Assembly: GCA_951406725.2 (NCBI GenBank)
Contig: OX597831.1
Location: 17,422,001-17,486,000 of the forward strand
Reading direction: 5' to 3'
DNA from: Octopus vulgaris
Lineage: Eukaryota
DNA length: 64,000 nt
The notes below the pieces were generated by a model. That model did not search any database. It was not told where the DNA came from and worked only from the letters and a program-made list of their open reading frames with translations. Positions 1 to 13,660 of this stretch are shown in pieces; positions within the stretch are counted from its first letter, which is position 1, and every line of letters starts with the position of its first letter. The position numbers were made by a program, and so were the translations under genes.

Positions 1-58
<58 letters not shown>

Positions 59-60
<2 letters not shown>

Positions 61-290
61 TTTTATTCGTTTACTTGCTTCAGTCATATTACTCCAGCCA
101 TGCTAGAGGACGGTCATAATGTTTTTAAGGCGCAGAAATAGACCCAGCCCTTATTTTTTTTTAAACTAGTACTTACTCTTTTATTTACTTTTTCGCAAGC
201 CGGCCAATTAACGTGACATAACCAAATCAGAATCGGTTGACAAGCGATGGTGGAATGACAAAGACAGGCACACACACACACACACACACA
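59..290. mobile_element. Degenerate SINE-like interspersed repeat ending in (CA)n
   Basis: Related sequence occurs in the opposite orientation at about 31730-31890 and 45580-45730. It resembles common cephalopod SINE bodies (recalled, not searched). Confidence 0.45.
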
Positions 291-306
291 CAGCGAAACA
301 CACATG

Positions 307-346
<40 letters not shown>

Positions 347-408
347 TAATAGAAATATTAAAATTACTAAGTCTCTCTAAAAGAGAACAACGGCAGCGTT
401 CCCGGAAA

Positions 409-549
409 ATAATAGTTATCGCCATACTAATATGGCATTCTTATAAAAATAAGAATAAAGCTGTCCGCTTATTAGAATGGAGTTAATAAGCGGACAGCTT
501 TATTCTTATTTTTATAAGAATGCCATATTAGTATGGCGATAACTATTAT
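409..549. repeat. Perfect inverted repeat (66-bp arms, 9-nt loop)
   Basis: 409-474 is the reverse complement of 484-549; flanked by microsatellites. Confidence 0.9.
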
Positions 550-600
550 ATATAGATATATATATGTATATACATATATACATACATACATAATCACAAA

Positions 601-641
<41 letters not shown>

Positions 642-645
642 TACT

Positions 646-679
<34 letters not shown>

Positions 680-711
680 CATATATACATACATACATAC
701 TTAATCACAAA

Positions 712-757
<46 letters not shown>

Positions 758-2022
758 TCCTACTTATATATATAAGCATCCGTCTGCCAAATACCCTCAC
801 AAGGCATTCGCCGGCCAGAGACCATAGTTGTCACTTGCACATGGTGAGACTAAACTTCTGTTAGTAGCGCTTTAATAAAGGCGTTGTACTGATTCAGGTA
901 AAGCGAACTTTATATTGCACGGAGGATAATATTGCGGTCAAAGTTATACAATTGTAATAACTGACAACCTGAATTTCAAAAATATATCGAAGAACAAGTA
1001 AAGCTGATGGTGTTTCAATACGTCGCCAGACAGAAATTACGAGTTCAAGCGTGCTGGAGATTCAATCACAGGTGAGACGTCACTAACGCAGAACCAGGGA
1101 ACATCGAGGTACCGAAGTTCCCCACTCCAAACTGATGGCGTTTAAATATGGCAAATATTGTACGGGATGTGGACGTAAAATATTTCTAGTAATGCATATT
1201 TTTCCCGTTATATATTAGCAAGATGATAATAATGTATTATTTTCGTTAGATATTTGTTGCAAGGAGTCAGGTAAACATGCTGCTTTAGTGTACAACTTTA
1301 GACTTTAGATTTCTGGAGAAATAATACCATCGAAGAATGAAAATTCTATGCAAACCAAGACAGAGGGAAAGTATATATATATAAACTTAGAATAATCTGC
1401 CCCAAATGCTCTGAAATTGTGTTCTATAGGAAACCCGAAAATCATCTCCCCGTCAGATCCTTGAAACTCTCATTCTGAAATTTCACGTCCACATGCTGTC
1501 ACAGACTAACCGTTTCTGTCAGATTTTCATTAAAAAATATATATTGAGTATATTTAAGGGAGTTTTAAAAAGAACCCACAATATCTATTTCCTATGATTT
1601 TACGAACATGGAAATCATAGTAAATTATTCTAAGATTCTTATAGTGCCGCCTGCAGTGGCGAGGACAGCAGATCAATTTCCCTTCAACATTAAATGTCCT
1701 GAAAAAACGGTATCTATAGCGTAATTTGTCACAAACCTAAAATAAATACTTGTAAATTATTTTAAAGGAAGTAACGTCTTGATTATGTCGTCTTGTCGTG
1801 CATTGGATTGATTCATCACGAAATTAATGCCATCTGGGCAGCACCGTGTATTTTAATCCCATATATATGATAGCAGAAAAGCTCAATAAAAAATGTTGCT
1901 TCTTAAACTCATAAATTCTAAATAACTGACGTGCAAACACAATATTTCATCATGAACAATAAACATTTAAAGAATTTATAGTCATAAATATACGGAGTGT
2001 AACGTATTTTAATTCATATTCA

Positions 2023-2030
2023 TATATAAA
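2023..2030 (+). promoter_or_regulatory. Putative TATA box, copy 1
   Basis: TATATAAA about 60 nt upstream of the ATG and conserved in copy 2. The AT-rich background weakens this call. Confidence 0.5.
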
Positions 2031-2086
2031 AAAGCCTTCTTGAAGACAACTTTATCATAAAAAACCGGTGGTGAATAAGTGAAATT

Positions 2087-2126
2087 ATGATGAAAATTGC
2101 AGCTTTTATTTTTGTTCTCTTAATTA
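2087..2126 (+). CDS. Microgene copy 1, exon 1 (signal peptide MMKIAAFIFVLLI)
   Basis: ATG at 2087, 13 codons plus 1 nt, then donor A|GTAAGT at 2127. TATATAAA lies at 2023-2030. Nearly identical to 20652-20691. Confidence 0.85.
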
Positions 2127-2329
2127 GTAAGTATTTTTATTACTATCATGCTAATTGATCTGACAATAATTACCAGTATATCTCTGAGTTTCAGTCATTG
2201 TAATAAAAAAAAATAGAGCAGTAAATATTTATCATAATTCCTCTTTGTAAATATATTTCTGTATCGACTTAAACAATTACACTGTACGATAGAAAAAAAA
2301 CGGTTTCCTTTCTATTTAATAATTTTCAG

Positions 2330-3210
2330 CTGATTTAGGTTAATTTTGGGTTGCCGAATCAGAATCTGACATCAGTTGTCAGAGAGCATGTGCAGCTGTT
2401 TAGTTATTCACAGCATATTCCAGGCGGTTGATCATATTGACAATATATTAGACTATTTGATTTCGATTTACACTCATAAACTCATCACGGAAACAAAAAA
2501 AAAGTGCTGATAGAAGAGAGTATAGGCTGCGTGTTAAATTGCCACACAAGATGAGAATTCATTTTTCATTGACATCGCTGTCGTTGTAGTATTGAATGCG
2601 CGCCGAGTGATACAATAGATCACTGTGAATGACCAGGATCTTTAAAAAAGATTTCTCATTTATTAATTCAACCTCAGTTGAATGATTTAGTTAGACACTC
2701 GGATCTATCAAAACAAAAACGATCCAAAATACTGGAAACCAATTTGAAACAATGTTTTTCCGCACAATGGCAATGAATATCATTCAATACCACATGTACT
2801 AGCTGTAGGATAAAGGATACTTATGAATCAATGGATAGAATTTCGCTCTTGATTATATATTGTGAACACAAGTGTAATATATGCGGGGTCTTGACAGTTA
2901 TTGGTTTGTTTCTTGGATTGCAAATGGGCTATAAAAATCACCCGTGCATTAAGTGCATTTGGAAAAGCCGAGATGACAATTATCACTTTGTTCAAAAAAA
3001 TTGGCCAACGTGAAGTGATTTCAATCAGGGAAATACAACGTTAAATAAATCCCTTTAGTTGACCCTCATAAAATTTGCCTTCCTCCCTTACACATTTAAG
3101 TTGGCTTGTTTAAGAATTTTGTTAAAGCTTCGAATGAAGATGGTTACGTGATTAGAACCACAAGCTTTAATATGAAAAATGCCGCTAAGATTACTTATAC
3201 TCCATTCTCC
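2330..3210 (+). mobile_element. Decayed DNA transposase remnant (LGLQMGYKNHPCIKCIWKSRD...PPLHIxLG; possibly Sola-type)
   Basis: ORF 2831-3013 plus downstream cctcccttacacatttaagttggc. A partial paralog lies at about 20900-21690. Superfamily assignment is tentative. Confidence 0.55.
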
Positions 3211-3410
3211 GTTTCGCACGTTATTACAGGAGGCACTTTGTTCTTCAGTAGAGAGTCCCATTTGTAAGGTATATTGCAATCACCACACAATGTCGGGAAA
3301 AAGAGGGTAAGTAATGATGTAGAAAAATCTACTAGATAGGTAAAATCGGTGTCTCCTTTAAGAAATACCGATGATGTGGAAGAAGCATTTTGGAAACACC
3401 AGTCCAAGGG

Positions 3411-3473
<63 letters not shown>

Positions 3474-3819
3474 GAATATGCAATAAGAACAAAAGACGTA
3501 GACGAGTGAGAAAACGAGAAACAAATGTATCATTTTAAGGCACCGGAATTGAGAGTATTTAAAGGAACAAAGAAAAAAACAGGGAGAGAAAATATAAAAG
3601 GTTTAATAGCTAGCGATTTATGATAGCGAATGCCGGACAAAGGGGCACGCCCTCCGTCTTCCCTTTCTCTTGGCCTTTCCACTGTTCTCTGATTCAGAAG
3701 AACAGCTTTGCTCGAATGTAGTGCTATCTTCCTTTCCTTCACTGAGTGTCTGCTAATGCGTTTCATGTACCACGTCGTTGCCTTTTGTATTTTCTTCGTT
3801 TTTTAGGGTGGAACTAATT

Positions 3820-4010
3820 ATAGCTGGTTCTATATATGGATTTCCTGGTGCAGGCTGGAACATTACAACAGTCTTGTCCAGGCTAATGCTGAGTCCAAAT
3901 GCCCTGCAAGAAGCAGAAATGCATGTCTCGTGTCTGGTCCCAACATGGCAATGCAAGGAGAACAAAATTTGCTGTGTACCGTGCTTGTGTACTGACATCG
4001 CTTCTCTAAT
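3820..4010 (-). mobile_element. RTE-clade LINE fragment (inverted 5' part)
   Basis: RAFGLSISLDKTVVMFQPAPGNPYIEPAI is typical of the RTE RT C-terminal region. Confidence 0.7.
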
Positions 4011-4019
4011 TATGTGAGA

Positions 4020-4650
4020 CACGGACTCTGCACAAACGTCAGGTCAGGGTCCTTGAACGTTTTCATCAGAGATGTCTCAGGCACATTCTCAATGTTGGCT
4101 GGACCTCAAAAATTCCAGACACACAGATCCTGACGACAGCAGATATCTTGAGTATTGAGGCGATGGTACACAAGCACCGGTTGCGTTGGACTGGACACCT
4201 TATTAGAATGAAGGATAGAAGGATTCCTAAGCAGATGCTCTATGGAGAACTTGTGAATGGAAGGAGTCTCCGGCAGAAATCAAGGCTGTGATTTAAGGAC
4301 TGTGTTAAGTCCTCCTTAAAAGCCTTTGATATGCAAGACGCCGCTGACTGGGAGAACAATGCCTGTCATCGCCACAGATGGAGGAAGCAGGTTAAGGAGA
4401 GGATCGACACTTTTGAGAGAGCACGTATCCAGCATGAAGAACTTAAGCGAGAGGTGCAAAAGCGCACGGCTCGTATAGTGAATGGGGAAAGCTTGGTCTG
4501 CAATGTTTGCAGTCGTGTACGCTTGTCAAGAGCTGGGCTCATTAGCCAGCAACGGAGCCGCAAATGCAAAATATAAGATAGTCTTAGAGCGCACAATGTT
4601 CCTAAAGGTCGACATTGGTCTTGCTCGGTCACGAGTGGACGGCCATCATA
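4020..4650 (+). mobile_element. RTE-clade LINE 3' end
   Basis: HRLRWTGHLIRMKDRRIPKQMLYGEL motif and a terminal CNVCSR zinc-finger-like remnant, with internal stops. Confidence 0.75.
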
Positions 4651-4907
4651 TATATGTATATATATATACATATATGTATATGTATGTGTATATGTACGTA
4701 TATATATATATATATACACATATATATTGCATATATATAACGTCTATCTGTCTATTTGTATATACAAGTTGTGACCGCGTGCGCATATATAAATATAAAA
4801 ATATTTATATATGTGTATATATATATATATATATAGCAATAAAGGGTTTAGCAACGAATTGCCTTACCACATACCGAATTTAGAAATAGCAGTCAAAGGG
4901 TTATAGC

Positions 4908-4943
<36 letters not shown>

Positions 4944-5082
4944 AATATATATGTATGTATGTGTATATGTGTATAATAAGAGGTTTTCTGCTCTTCTTTC
5001 TGCTACCGATTTAAGTTAGTTCGATAGTTTAAATCAAAGATGAATGTAACTTCATGATTAAAAATTTTCCTTCAAATCCTAG

Positions 5083-5182
5083 GTGTATCAACGTCTTTCT
5101 TTATTCCCATGTGTACTGGTTACTCGGATATTCGTTGTGCCTACACCTATAGAAACAATGCAGCCGCACGCCCTGTCCATCA
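5083..5182 (+). CDS. Microgene copy 1, exon 2 ((S)VSTSFFIPMCTGYSDIRCAYTYRNNAAARPVH)
   Basis: Acceptor ttttccttcaaatcctAG, 100 nt, phase 1 to phase 2, open frame, donor CA|GTAGGT. Paralogous exons sit at the same position in three other units. Confidence 0.8.
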
Positions 5183-5749
5183 GTAGGTATGATTAAAATA
5201 ACCGATTACATTATTAATCTGAATGAAAGTTTGCAAGCATAAAATACTTACCAGCATGTTTGTTGTTGTTCTCATGTCACCTTTTATCGTCAAATTGAGT
5301 TTATGTACAATTCATATTTGACAAAATATAATTTATATATATTTTTGTTATATATAATCTATTGGAGAATATTAGAGAAGGAAATATAATTTATAGACAT
5401 TTGTATTTCTAACTCATTTTTTCCGAATATAATTTTTACTGTTCATTCTAAAAACTGTGTTCATTAATTAAAACATTGTTTGTACGATGTGATTAATAAC
5501 TAAATATTTTATAATGGAGAAAATATCAATTTGAAAAAATTCATCATGTACAAAATTACAGAGAGTTTGAAGTAAAATTCATAATGTAATATCTGACAAC
5601 ACTCCGACCTTGGTAAACTGATTGACCTAACAATCCAAAGATTAATATGGTTTAGAAGTGAATATGTAATCATGAATATACAACGTAATTTTGAAAGTCT
5701 GAGGATGCGATTGGTTACATAGGAAAACAAAGAAGGATTGGCATTTTTC

Positions 5750-6310
5750 TGATATTAGTATTAACATTAAAGGACCATGCCTGTTTCCCCATCATCATGC
5801 ATGTTAGTATGAGGAACCGAATATCGAGCTTAATCTTTGCCAATGAACCCGTACTTGGACGGATGACAATCTTTATGAAGAAACATGCTTGATTGTTTCC
5901 TTAGAAAAACGGCAGAAACCACGGAAAACAGGTGTTTTGCAAGACGATATGAAACAGAGGCTGCCATTAAGAGACAGTTTTAGAACTGCTACAGGATGTT
6001 GTGTGGTTCAACGTTTGAAAGCAGTCGGTTGTCACGATTGTTCCCCCGTCACTCATTAGTATGACGAACGAAAAAGCGAGGTTAAGCTTTGCTAAAATTA
6101 TCGTAATTTGGATGGATGACAATTGATTCTGTCTGTTCTTCAATGACAAATGCAAGTTCAGTTTGGTTGCCTTCGGTAATAGGCAGGACATGAGACGTCT
6201 GAAAATTGCAGGATTGCTACCTTAATGCCTGAAGATATGAGTGAAACTTTGAGCTAGGCGTTTAATGGTATAGTGAAGGGCTTCTTCAATAATTTAGGCA
6301 GAATTACTTT
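5750..6310 (+). mobile_element. Decayed Tc1-like transposase fragment
   Basis: Degenerate W..LFxDKCKF...NRQDMRR...CLK.xVK...VMVW catalytic region, shared by intron 2 of all four genes. Confidence 0.6.
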
Positions 6311-6789
6311 CAGGTATTCATCAAGTGTTCTGGTGGAATTTCGAACCGTATTAATTCCGAAGGTATTATTGTTTCCGTTCTCACATTTTTAGTAGCTTGC
6401 GCTCTTATCCACTGCGCTATATGTCCATAGGTATTTATAAAGCGAGTTGTGGGGCTTACAGGCCTAAACACTTTTGGTTTTCTTGATACCGTTTTCCATA
6501 TTACACTCAAATCAGTATTAGGTCGGCGTAACGGTTTACAGGGTCCTGACGGAATTGCCGCCAGTTTTAATTTTCCTATTTTCTAATGGTTTTCTCTGCC
6601 TATTAATTTAACTTCATCCCAGAGCGAAAGGTGGTCTCCGCTTTTCCATACAGGAACGGCTATGACCGCTTGTCAGAGCCTACCCCATTGATCAAATTCT
6701 GGATCAGATAGGAAATTCCACCATGAAACCTGATAAAAGCTGGAGAGTAAATCAGCCGAAACATTGGCAACAAACACTATGCAGACAAA

Positions 6790-7880
6790 TAATGTGTGAG
6801 AATCAAAGTTCTTTGTTTGTCTAAAATATAACATCCTCCATTTTCTACACTGCTCTTCCACCCCTCTGGTAGACTTGTACGTCCCCTTTTTCAAACTTTA
6901 ATTCACCCTGAATAAATACACATTTCCAGTCTTTTTGTGGCCACGTCTACAGTATTCATTTTTTTCTGTCCAAATGATATTGAACATTGTGGAATAATTA
7001 ATGATGGAATGGGGCAATGTCGGCGAATATGTTCGGGGGGGGCATCGTGTCGCATTCAAACACGGCCAACATCCGAACAAGCCTTATTCTTATCGTCATG
7101 GAACCAATGATCGTCGATTTACTTCCAACGCTAACGTAAGACGCGCAAGTTGCTTGTAAATCTTCACAGTGGACACAAGCTTTTCAAACAGTGGGTAAAG
7201 TCCTTGTTTAATGTCTGTGGTTGGTGTTTCACCTTTCCCTACACACTCACTTCGCCGCTTGATATTTCCAATGTGAACCCATTTTTAGACACCAGTCAGT
7301 ATTTGGTCCAAACATGGTTCATTCGTGAGACATGTCAGCAAAGAAGGCACACACACTCTCTGCGCGCGATTTGATATGGACATTGTGTCAGTAGCCCATC
7401 GACCTAATTTACTCACTTTTACAATGGTACGCCGTTGTCAATGAATGGTTGAACGACGAAGTCTAATCTTCTCTCCTTGTTCCTCAACATTTACGATCGG
7501 ATATCGTTCCACCAGCTTTTGCGGCACATGGTGGTTGATCGAACTTTTAGATCGAGGCTTGTCTACTGGTCTGTAGTTTCCGTCTCGCAATTTCTTGAAC
7601 CGTCGTTGACACTGGTTTAAGCTAATTGTCGATCCCAAAATACTACATTTATATTCCACAAACATTCCGTTGCCTTGTTGCCTTGTCACTTTCTTTATAC
7701 CTTTGAAAATAACTGTTAAAATATTCATTCTTCAAATGTCTTACTGAGAAGTACAAACTAAAATTACTATAACTTACTTTTATAGCAAGTTGTTACAGGC
7801 GGTCTATCGGGTTACTCTCCGAATTTAGTTCATGCAATTGAAAAAACTTCATTAGTTATGGGATAGCCCAATGTAAAATC
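6790..7880 (-). mobile_element. Decayed mariner element
   Basis: Degenerate HPxYSP motif and N-terminal CQRRFKKLRDGNY..DKPRS HTH remnant. Confidence 0.7.
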
Positions 7881-8706
7881 ACAATTCTGAAGTAAGCCGT
7901 AATTGTTTTAGCGTCGTCTCAAACTGGTCAGCCAACATTTCTGCTGGATAATAAGTGCTAAAATATGACAGTGCTAACATAGATATGAAGGTGATTGAAG
8001 TTGGAAATAATTTAGTAATGCTTTGGACGACACTGTTCTTCAGTCCACTGAATATTTATGGAGGGTATTTTGTGAAATATCAAACAGTACCGACCTGCGA
8101 ATGTCATGATATTGTGGGAAATACATGAGGAAGAATGAAATACAATTACCTCAAAACAATATGAAAATTTAACCAAATACTCTGGTTGGAAATGTGTTGA
8201 CACCCTTAAAGATAAAGGAATATAGATATCTTATTAATATAGTGATGCGGATTGGAAACATATCTGGCATATTTGTTTTTGTTTAAATTTGTATTAGACT
8301 TGCTATAATTTGGACCGGCTTGTATTTTCCAAATAAATATGTTTCGTTTCATAAATTATTTAGTTATTAATCAGTTCCTACAAATTTTATTATAATTAAT
8401 AAACATACTTTCATGTTAGGATCCCGTATTAGGTTCACAATATAGAATTTGCAATAAGGAATTAACCAGTTATTTTTAAGTTGTGGAATCTATTTCACAT
8501 GTCGTCCACAGACACCTGCCATTGTGAAGAGAAATAATGAGTGAAAAAATGGCTTTATTTATAGCGGTTTTTGCCTGTCATTTCTAAACATTTCAGGGTT
8601 TTGAATCTCCCTTAGTCATAATGGTGACTCTTTCATAATTATAAAGATTCTTCGTCTCTGTATTTTATAGTAACATGTTTGGCCATTCATGTTTATATAT
8701 ATATAT

Positions 8707-8751
<45 letters not shown>

Positions 8752-8757
8752 TGAATG

Positions 8758-9199
<442 letters not shown>

Positions 9200-9679
9200 C
9201 ATTTTTTACATTACGTTTCTAATTATCTAACTTTCACTACTCATTTTCGGTGATTTTGTGGTGGCTCAAATTCACTGCTCTCTTCTCATAAACGCTGGGC
9301 ATGGCATTTGAATGCAAAACTTGAATGTGTAGGAAGTGTTGATACATTTCTCGTTATAATCGAGTCACCATTATTAGTAAGAGAAATTCAAAACCCTGAC
9401 GTGTTTAGAAATGACAGATCAAAACCGCTATACATAAGGCCATTTTGATCACACATTATTTCTCTTTGCAATAGAAGGTGTCTGTATGCGACATGTGAAA
9501 TAGAATCCACAACTTAAAGATAACTGTTTAATTCCTTATTGCAAATTCGATATATATATATATATATATATATTGAAAATATACAGCTTGCGATGGGTAA
9601 ATTGTCAGTATTTGATATTTCTAATTTTGCGTATATGCATTATTTGTTTTGCTTTCGTCGACTCGTCCTCTATTCACCA

Positions 9680-10400
9680 AAGAATCATCGGTTAGGCTCC
9701 ATTTTTGAGAATTACATCACGATAATGCAATTCACTATGACAAGAAGTGGAACATATGTTGTACTGGAAGGGACAAGGCACACAATTCTGTATATGGGGG
9801 CGTGTATCTGAGGACAGCGCGTGTAATCAGTGTGACGAAATCAACCGTCATCTTGTTTGAAATAATCACTAATAGTTGCAGCGTTGTGCCTGCTTTCCCC
9901 TTCCCACTCGGCCTCAAACTGAACTCGAAAGCCTGTATCACATGTCTGACGGAGGTAGTAAACAGTGGGAGAAAAGGGTGTCTACTGGAAGGCTGTATGT
10001 CTAGAGACAGGACACCACACCCTGCCACACAAGTAGGAGAAAACAATCATGGCTGCCTGAAAATTTCTATGAGAACATCAACCCAACATCAGCCCACGAA
10101 CCTCCCCAGATTGCAGCCCATATGATTATCACGTGTCTGGAGCTCTTCATCGACAGAGCAAAAGATAGAAATTCTTATAACACAAAAGATGGACTGAATG
10201 AAGGGATTATGGCAGCATTGAACAACTTAACCAAGGACACATTCTAGAAAAGTTGCACGTGATTCCAAGGTCGCTAATGGCAATTATTATATTCAAGGAA
10301 TGTACTCTTTGGCTTTTCAAGATATTTTCGTGTCAATTTGGGAAATATATCTTCTAAAATGAGAGATGAGAATTAATTCCAGTTGGGTATAATTTAGATG
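9680..10400 (+). mobile_element. Decayed Tc1/mariner-superfamily transposase fragment
   Basis: GLKLNSKACITCLTEVV and a degenerate WPPNSPD/DY region. Paralogs at about 30060-30800, 40330-41080 and 57750-58500. Confidence 0.6.
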
Positions 10401-10515
10401 TCCATTTATTCACCCCGCATTGTATATATACATAGATACAGAACTGACTGCAGTCAATAGACATCCCATAATATATAGTTTTATTTTTTATTTTCTTCTT
10501 TTCGTCTTTTCTCAG

Positions 10516-10573
10516 GTTATTCGGCTACGCTATATTAACAACTATTCTACAGACACAAATTATTTTAGAATGA
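10516..10573 (+). CDS. Microgene copy 1, exon 3 ((Q)LFGYAILTTILQTQIILE*; putative GPI signal)
   Basis: Long polypyrimidine tract then ctcAG; phase 2 matches exon 2; stop TGA at 10571-10573. Differences from copy 2 are 3 synonymous and 2 conservative (I/V, I/L). The joined product is 65 aa. Confidence 0.82.
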
Positions 10574-11459
10574 AGTGCAATATGAGAAGAATATTAGGAT
10601 GAAAACATGCCGATAAAAACTTGCTGTGGCTTGGAGAAATGAAACAGAGGCAATTATTTGAAGAAGGTGAAATATTATTTAACTAGAAAAAGAAAACTAA
10701 TATTATTTTAACTCAAATGAATCGGCAAAACGACACGAATATTTTTAGAGAAACATTCGTCGAAAAATATTAAACAGAAATGTATTATGATTTTTGTTTG
10801 CAGATTCCTATGAAATTTTATTATTCTCTTTGTAATTATCAAACTACGTACATATTATTACTGTATTAAATTAATATGTAAATATAAAATCTGTATTAAA
10901 CTAATAAAAATATTACGCATTAAAAAAATTATTATTAATTATTTAATAAGATATATTAGCATTTTCTATAATAAAAATGATATAAAAATAATTATGTTTA
11001 TGGTATATATATACTGGTAGTTATCTTCTATGAATCTTTTGAGGGATACAATTTCTATGATTCAACTAAACATTCGAAATTATATATAAAATAATGGATT
11101 TTTCTTCAGTTGTATAGATAAATACTTTTAATTATAATATTACATTATAATATTACGTTATAATATTACGTTAGATGCATTAAAAATGACTTGTCTAAAA
11201 ATAAATTACGGGAGCAGTATCATAGCATAGTCTTAAGTATTGAAACCTGATAAGTAGATTTAATCCTGGAAAAGAGCAAGATGAAAGTGCAGTTCTATAT
11301 TTAAGAAATGGGGAAATATGTACGTCATTTTCATTATTTATATTTGACGAATATTTTTCCTCACGGTGTGTGTTGTTGACACAACTTTTCAGCTGATATA
11401 CTCTCCAGCCTTCATCATGGGAAAACTTCGAGCCTGGGTTTTCATTCCTAAGATATGTT

Positions 11460-11549
<90 letters not shown>

Positions 11550-11550
<1 letters not shown>

Positions 11551-13540
11551 CCGACTCCTAGCAAAGAAACTCATTGTATACATTGGTAGGCAATTAAACT
11601 AAACTCAGTAGTTCGTTCATTTTTATTTTATAGAAATAAAGTTAGATTAAAATACATGGGTAGTAATAGATCTCACAACGACAATGCTCGTCTCAATACG
11701 TGTGATATACCAGTTAAGACAATCTTTTGCAGGGATCATTCTCATATAATTTCCGGTTCCCTTCTTGATCCTTCCTAGTGCTCCTACAATCACTGGTATT
11801 GTAAACGCCTTGAGATGCCACATTTTCTCAATTTCAATGGGAAGGTTTTTATATTTTCTGAGCTTGTCAAGAACTTTCGCCGAGATATTATGATCACATG
11901 GGATGCTCATGTCGATCGATATGCAAACTATATTGTTTAGGTCTTTCAAAACAATATCCGGTTTCTTGGCTTTGATGGGTCGGTCTGTATGTACTGGAGA
12001 GTCCAACAGAATCGTTACATTTTCTCCTTCAGTTACAGCTTCAGGGTGGTGATTATACCACTTGTCGGCAGTTTTGATTTTGTAATGCCGACTTATTAGC
12101 CAGTGTAGATATTGGCCAAATCTGTCACGTCTTAATTTATACTCCACTGGTGCTAAGACTTTACATCCAGAGATTAGGTGGTCCACTGATTCAATCATGT
12201 CATTGTAGAATCGGCATTTTGGGTCTGCTCTATTTTTCAACACATTAGCCTGGTAGTTCCGGGTTAATATGCTTTGATCTTGAGCAGCCAGGATGAAACC
12301 TTCACTCTCTGCTTTTAGCCCTGAGCTCCGTAGCCACTAATGGGTTTGCTTCTGGTCAACATCAGCTTGTTTGCTACGGGCCACATAATTGCCGTGCAGA
12401 GGTTTCTCCTCCCACTTATCAGCCAATTGCTCGTGTGTTTTTTCGTTGCTATTATTTTCACCCTCTTTGCAACAATAGTTGCCGTACTTCCATCGGGTTG
12501 TTCAGTTTGGGTATCCTGCACGAGATCAATAGCAAGATTTTTGCTTTCCTCTATGATAGAAAGGAGCTTCTTTCGTCTCTCGTGATTTTCCACCCAGTCA
12601 TTCGTTACTTCAAGATATTTGGCCAGTCCAATTGTGGTTGTTTTGTAAGTTGGTTCAAATTGGATCAGACCTACACCTCCCTGGGCTCTGGGGAGGTAAA
12701 GGCGATCTACGTCTGCCTTTGGGTGGTGCATCCTATTACAACTCAGCAGCTTGCGTAATTTCAAGATCCATGAATGCGGTATACTCTCGAAGGCGTTTTT
12801 ATAGTGAATCCATGCGGAGCTAAGTTTTCTGCGCTTGTTGTGCCAGTTCTCAAGGATCATACGATTAATTAGCAGTTGATCTCTGCATCCACATGAGCCT
12901 CGGCGGCACCCTTTTTCTTCAGTGGGGAAAATATCGTTCTTCTCTATGAATGCATGTTTTCTCCGCCAGGATAGATGTAAGGATTTTATACGTGGTGGAT
13001 AAACAGGTTATATGTCGATAGATTTTTGGAAGCTTAGTTTCGTTATTCTTTAGGAGTAGGTAAGTAATGTCACTTGCTAACCATTCAGGTGTTTTCTTTG
13101 GGTCTCTCGTAATTCCATTGAGCAGCTGAACTAGCTTACCGTGTGCTCATGAGTGCGAGAAATTCGGCACCCTATATTCAACGGGGAATTTCCAATTATG
13201 GGCCTTCGCGAGTGCCTTTCTTGGGTCTGCTATTGTGATGTCTTCCCATGCTTGTTGTTGTAAATTTTTGTAGGATCCTTCTATCTGTATAATCCAGTCT
13301 ACATTTATGTTGTACGTCTTCTTGTCACTCCAAATCCTTTTCCAAAAGTTTTGAACTTCTTCCATGGGAGGGGGGTCTTTAACGGTTACTTTCTCCTTCC
13401 CTATTTCTCTGTAGAATTTTTTGGCATTGGATGTGAACAGCTTATTTTGCTTGTAAAACTTGTTTCTCTTCTCAAATCTTCGTATTCTTTTGTGCTTTTG
13501 CTTGGACTTTTTGTTTCAGCGTTTCTTTTATGGATATCGT
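11550..13540 (-). mobile_element. R4/Dong-type RLE non-LTR retrotransposon, truncated and decayed
   Basis: MHHPKADVDRLYLPRAQGG, CCHC-like zinc knuckle (CRFY...DHLISGC) and KPDIV endonuclease motif; flanked by (TAA)n. Confidence 0.85.
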
Positions 13541-13582
13541 ATTATTGTTATTATTATTTTTATTATTATTATATTTATTATA

Positions 13583-13660
<78 letters not shown>

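Noticed and set aside
1673-1737. Minus-strand exon-like segment FVTNYAIDTVFSGHLMLKGN* resembling a C1q C-terminus
   Set aside because: The paralog near 20235-20295 has a 2-nt deletion and loses FSG, and no upstream C1q exons were found.
7983-7998. Alternative terminal exon (YEGD*; YGDVCI* at about 28663 in unit B)
   Set aside because: No polypyrimidine tract, stop not conserved, and region absent from copies 3 and 4. The exon at 10516 is far better supported.
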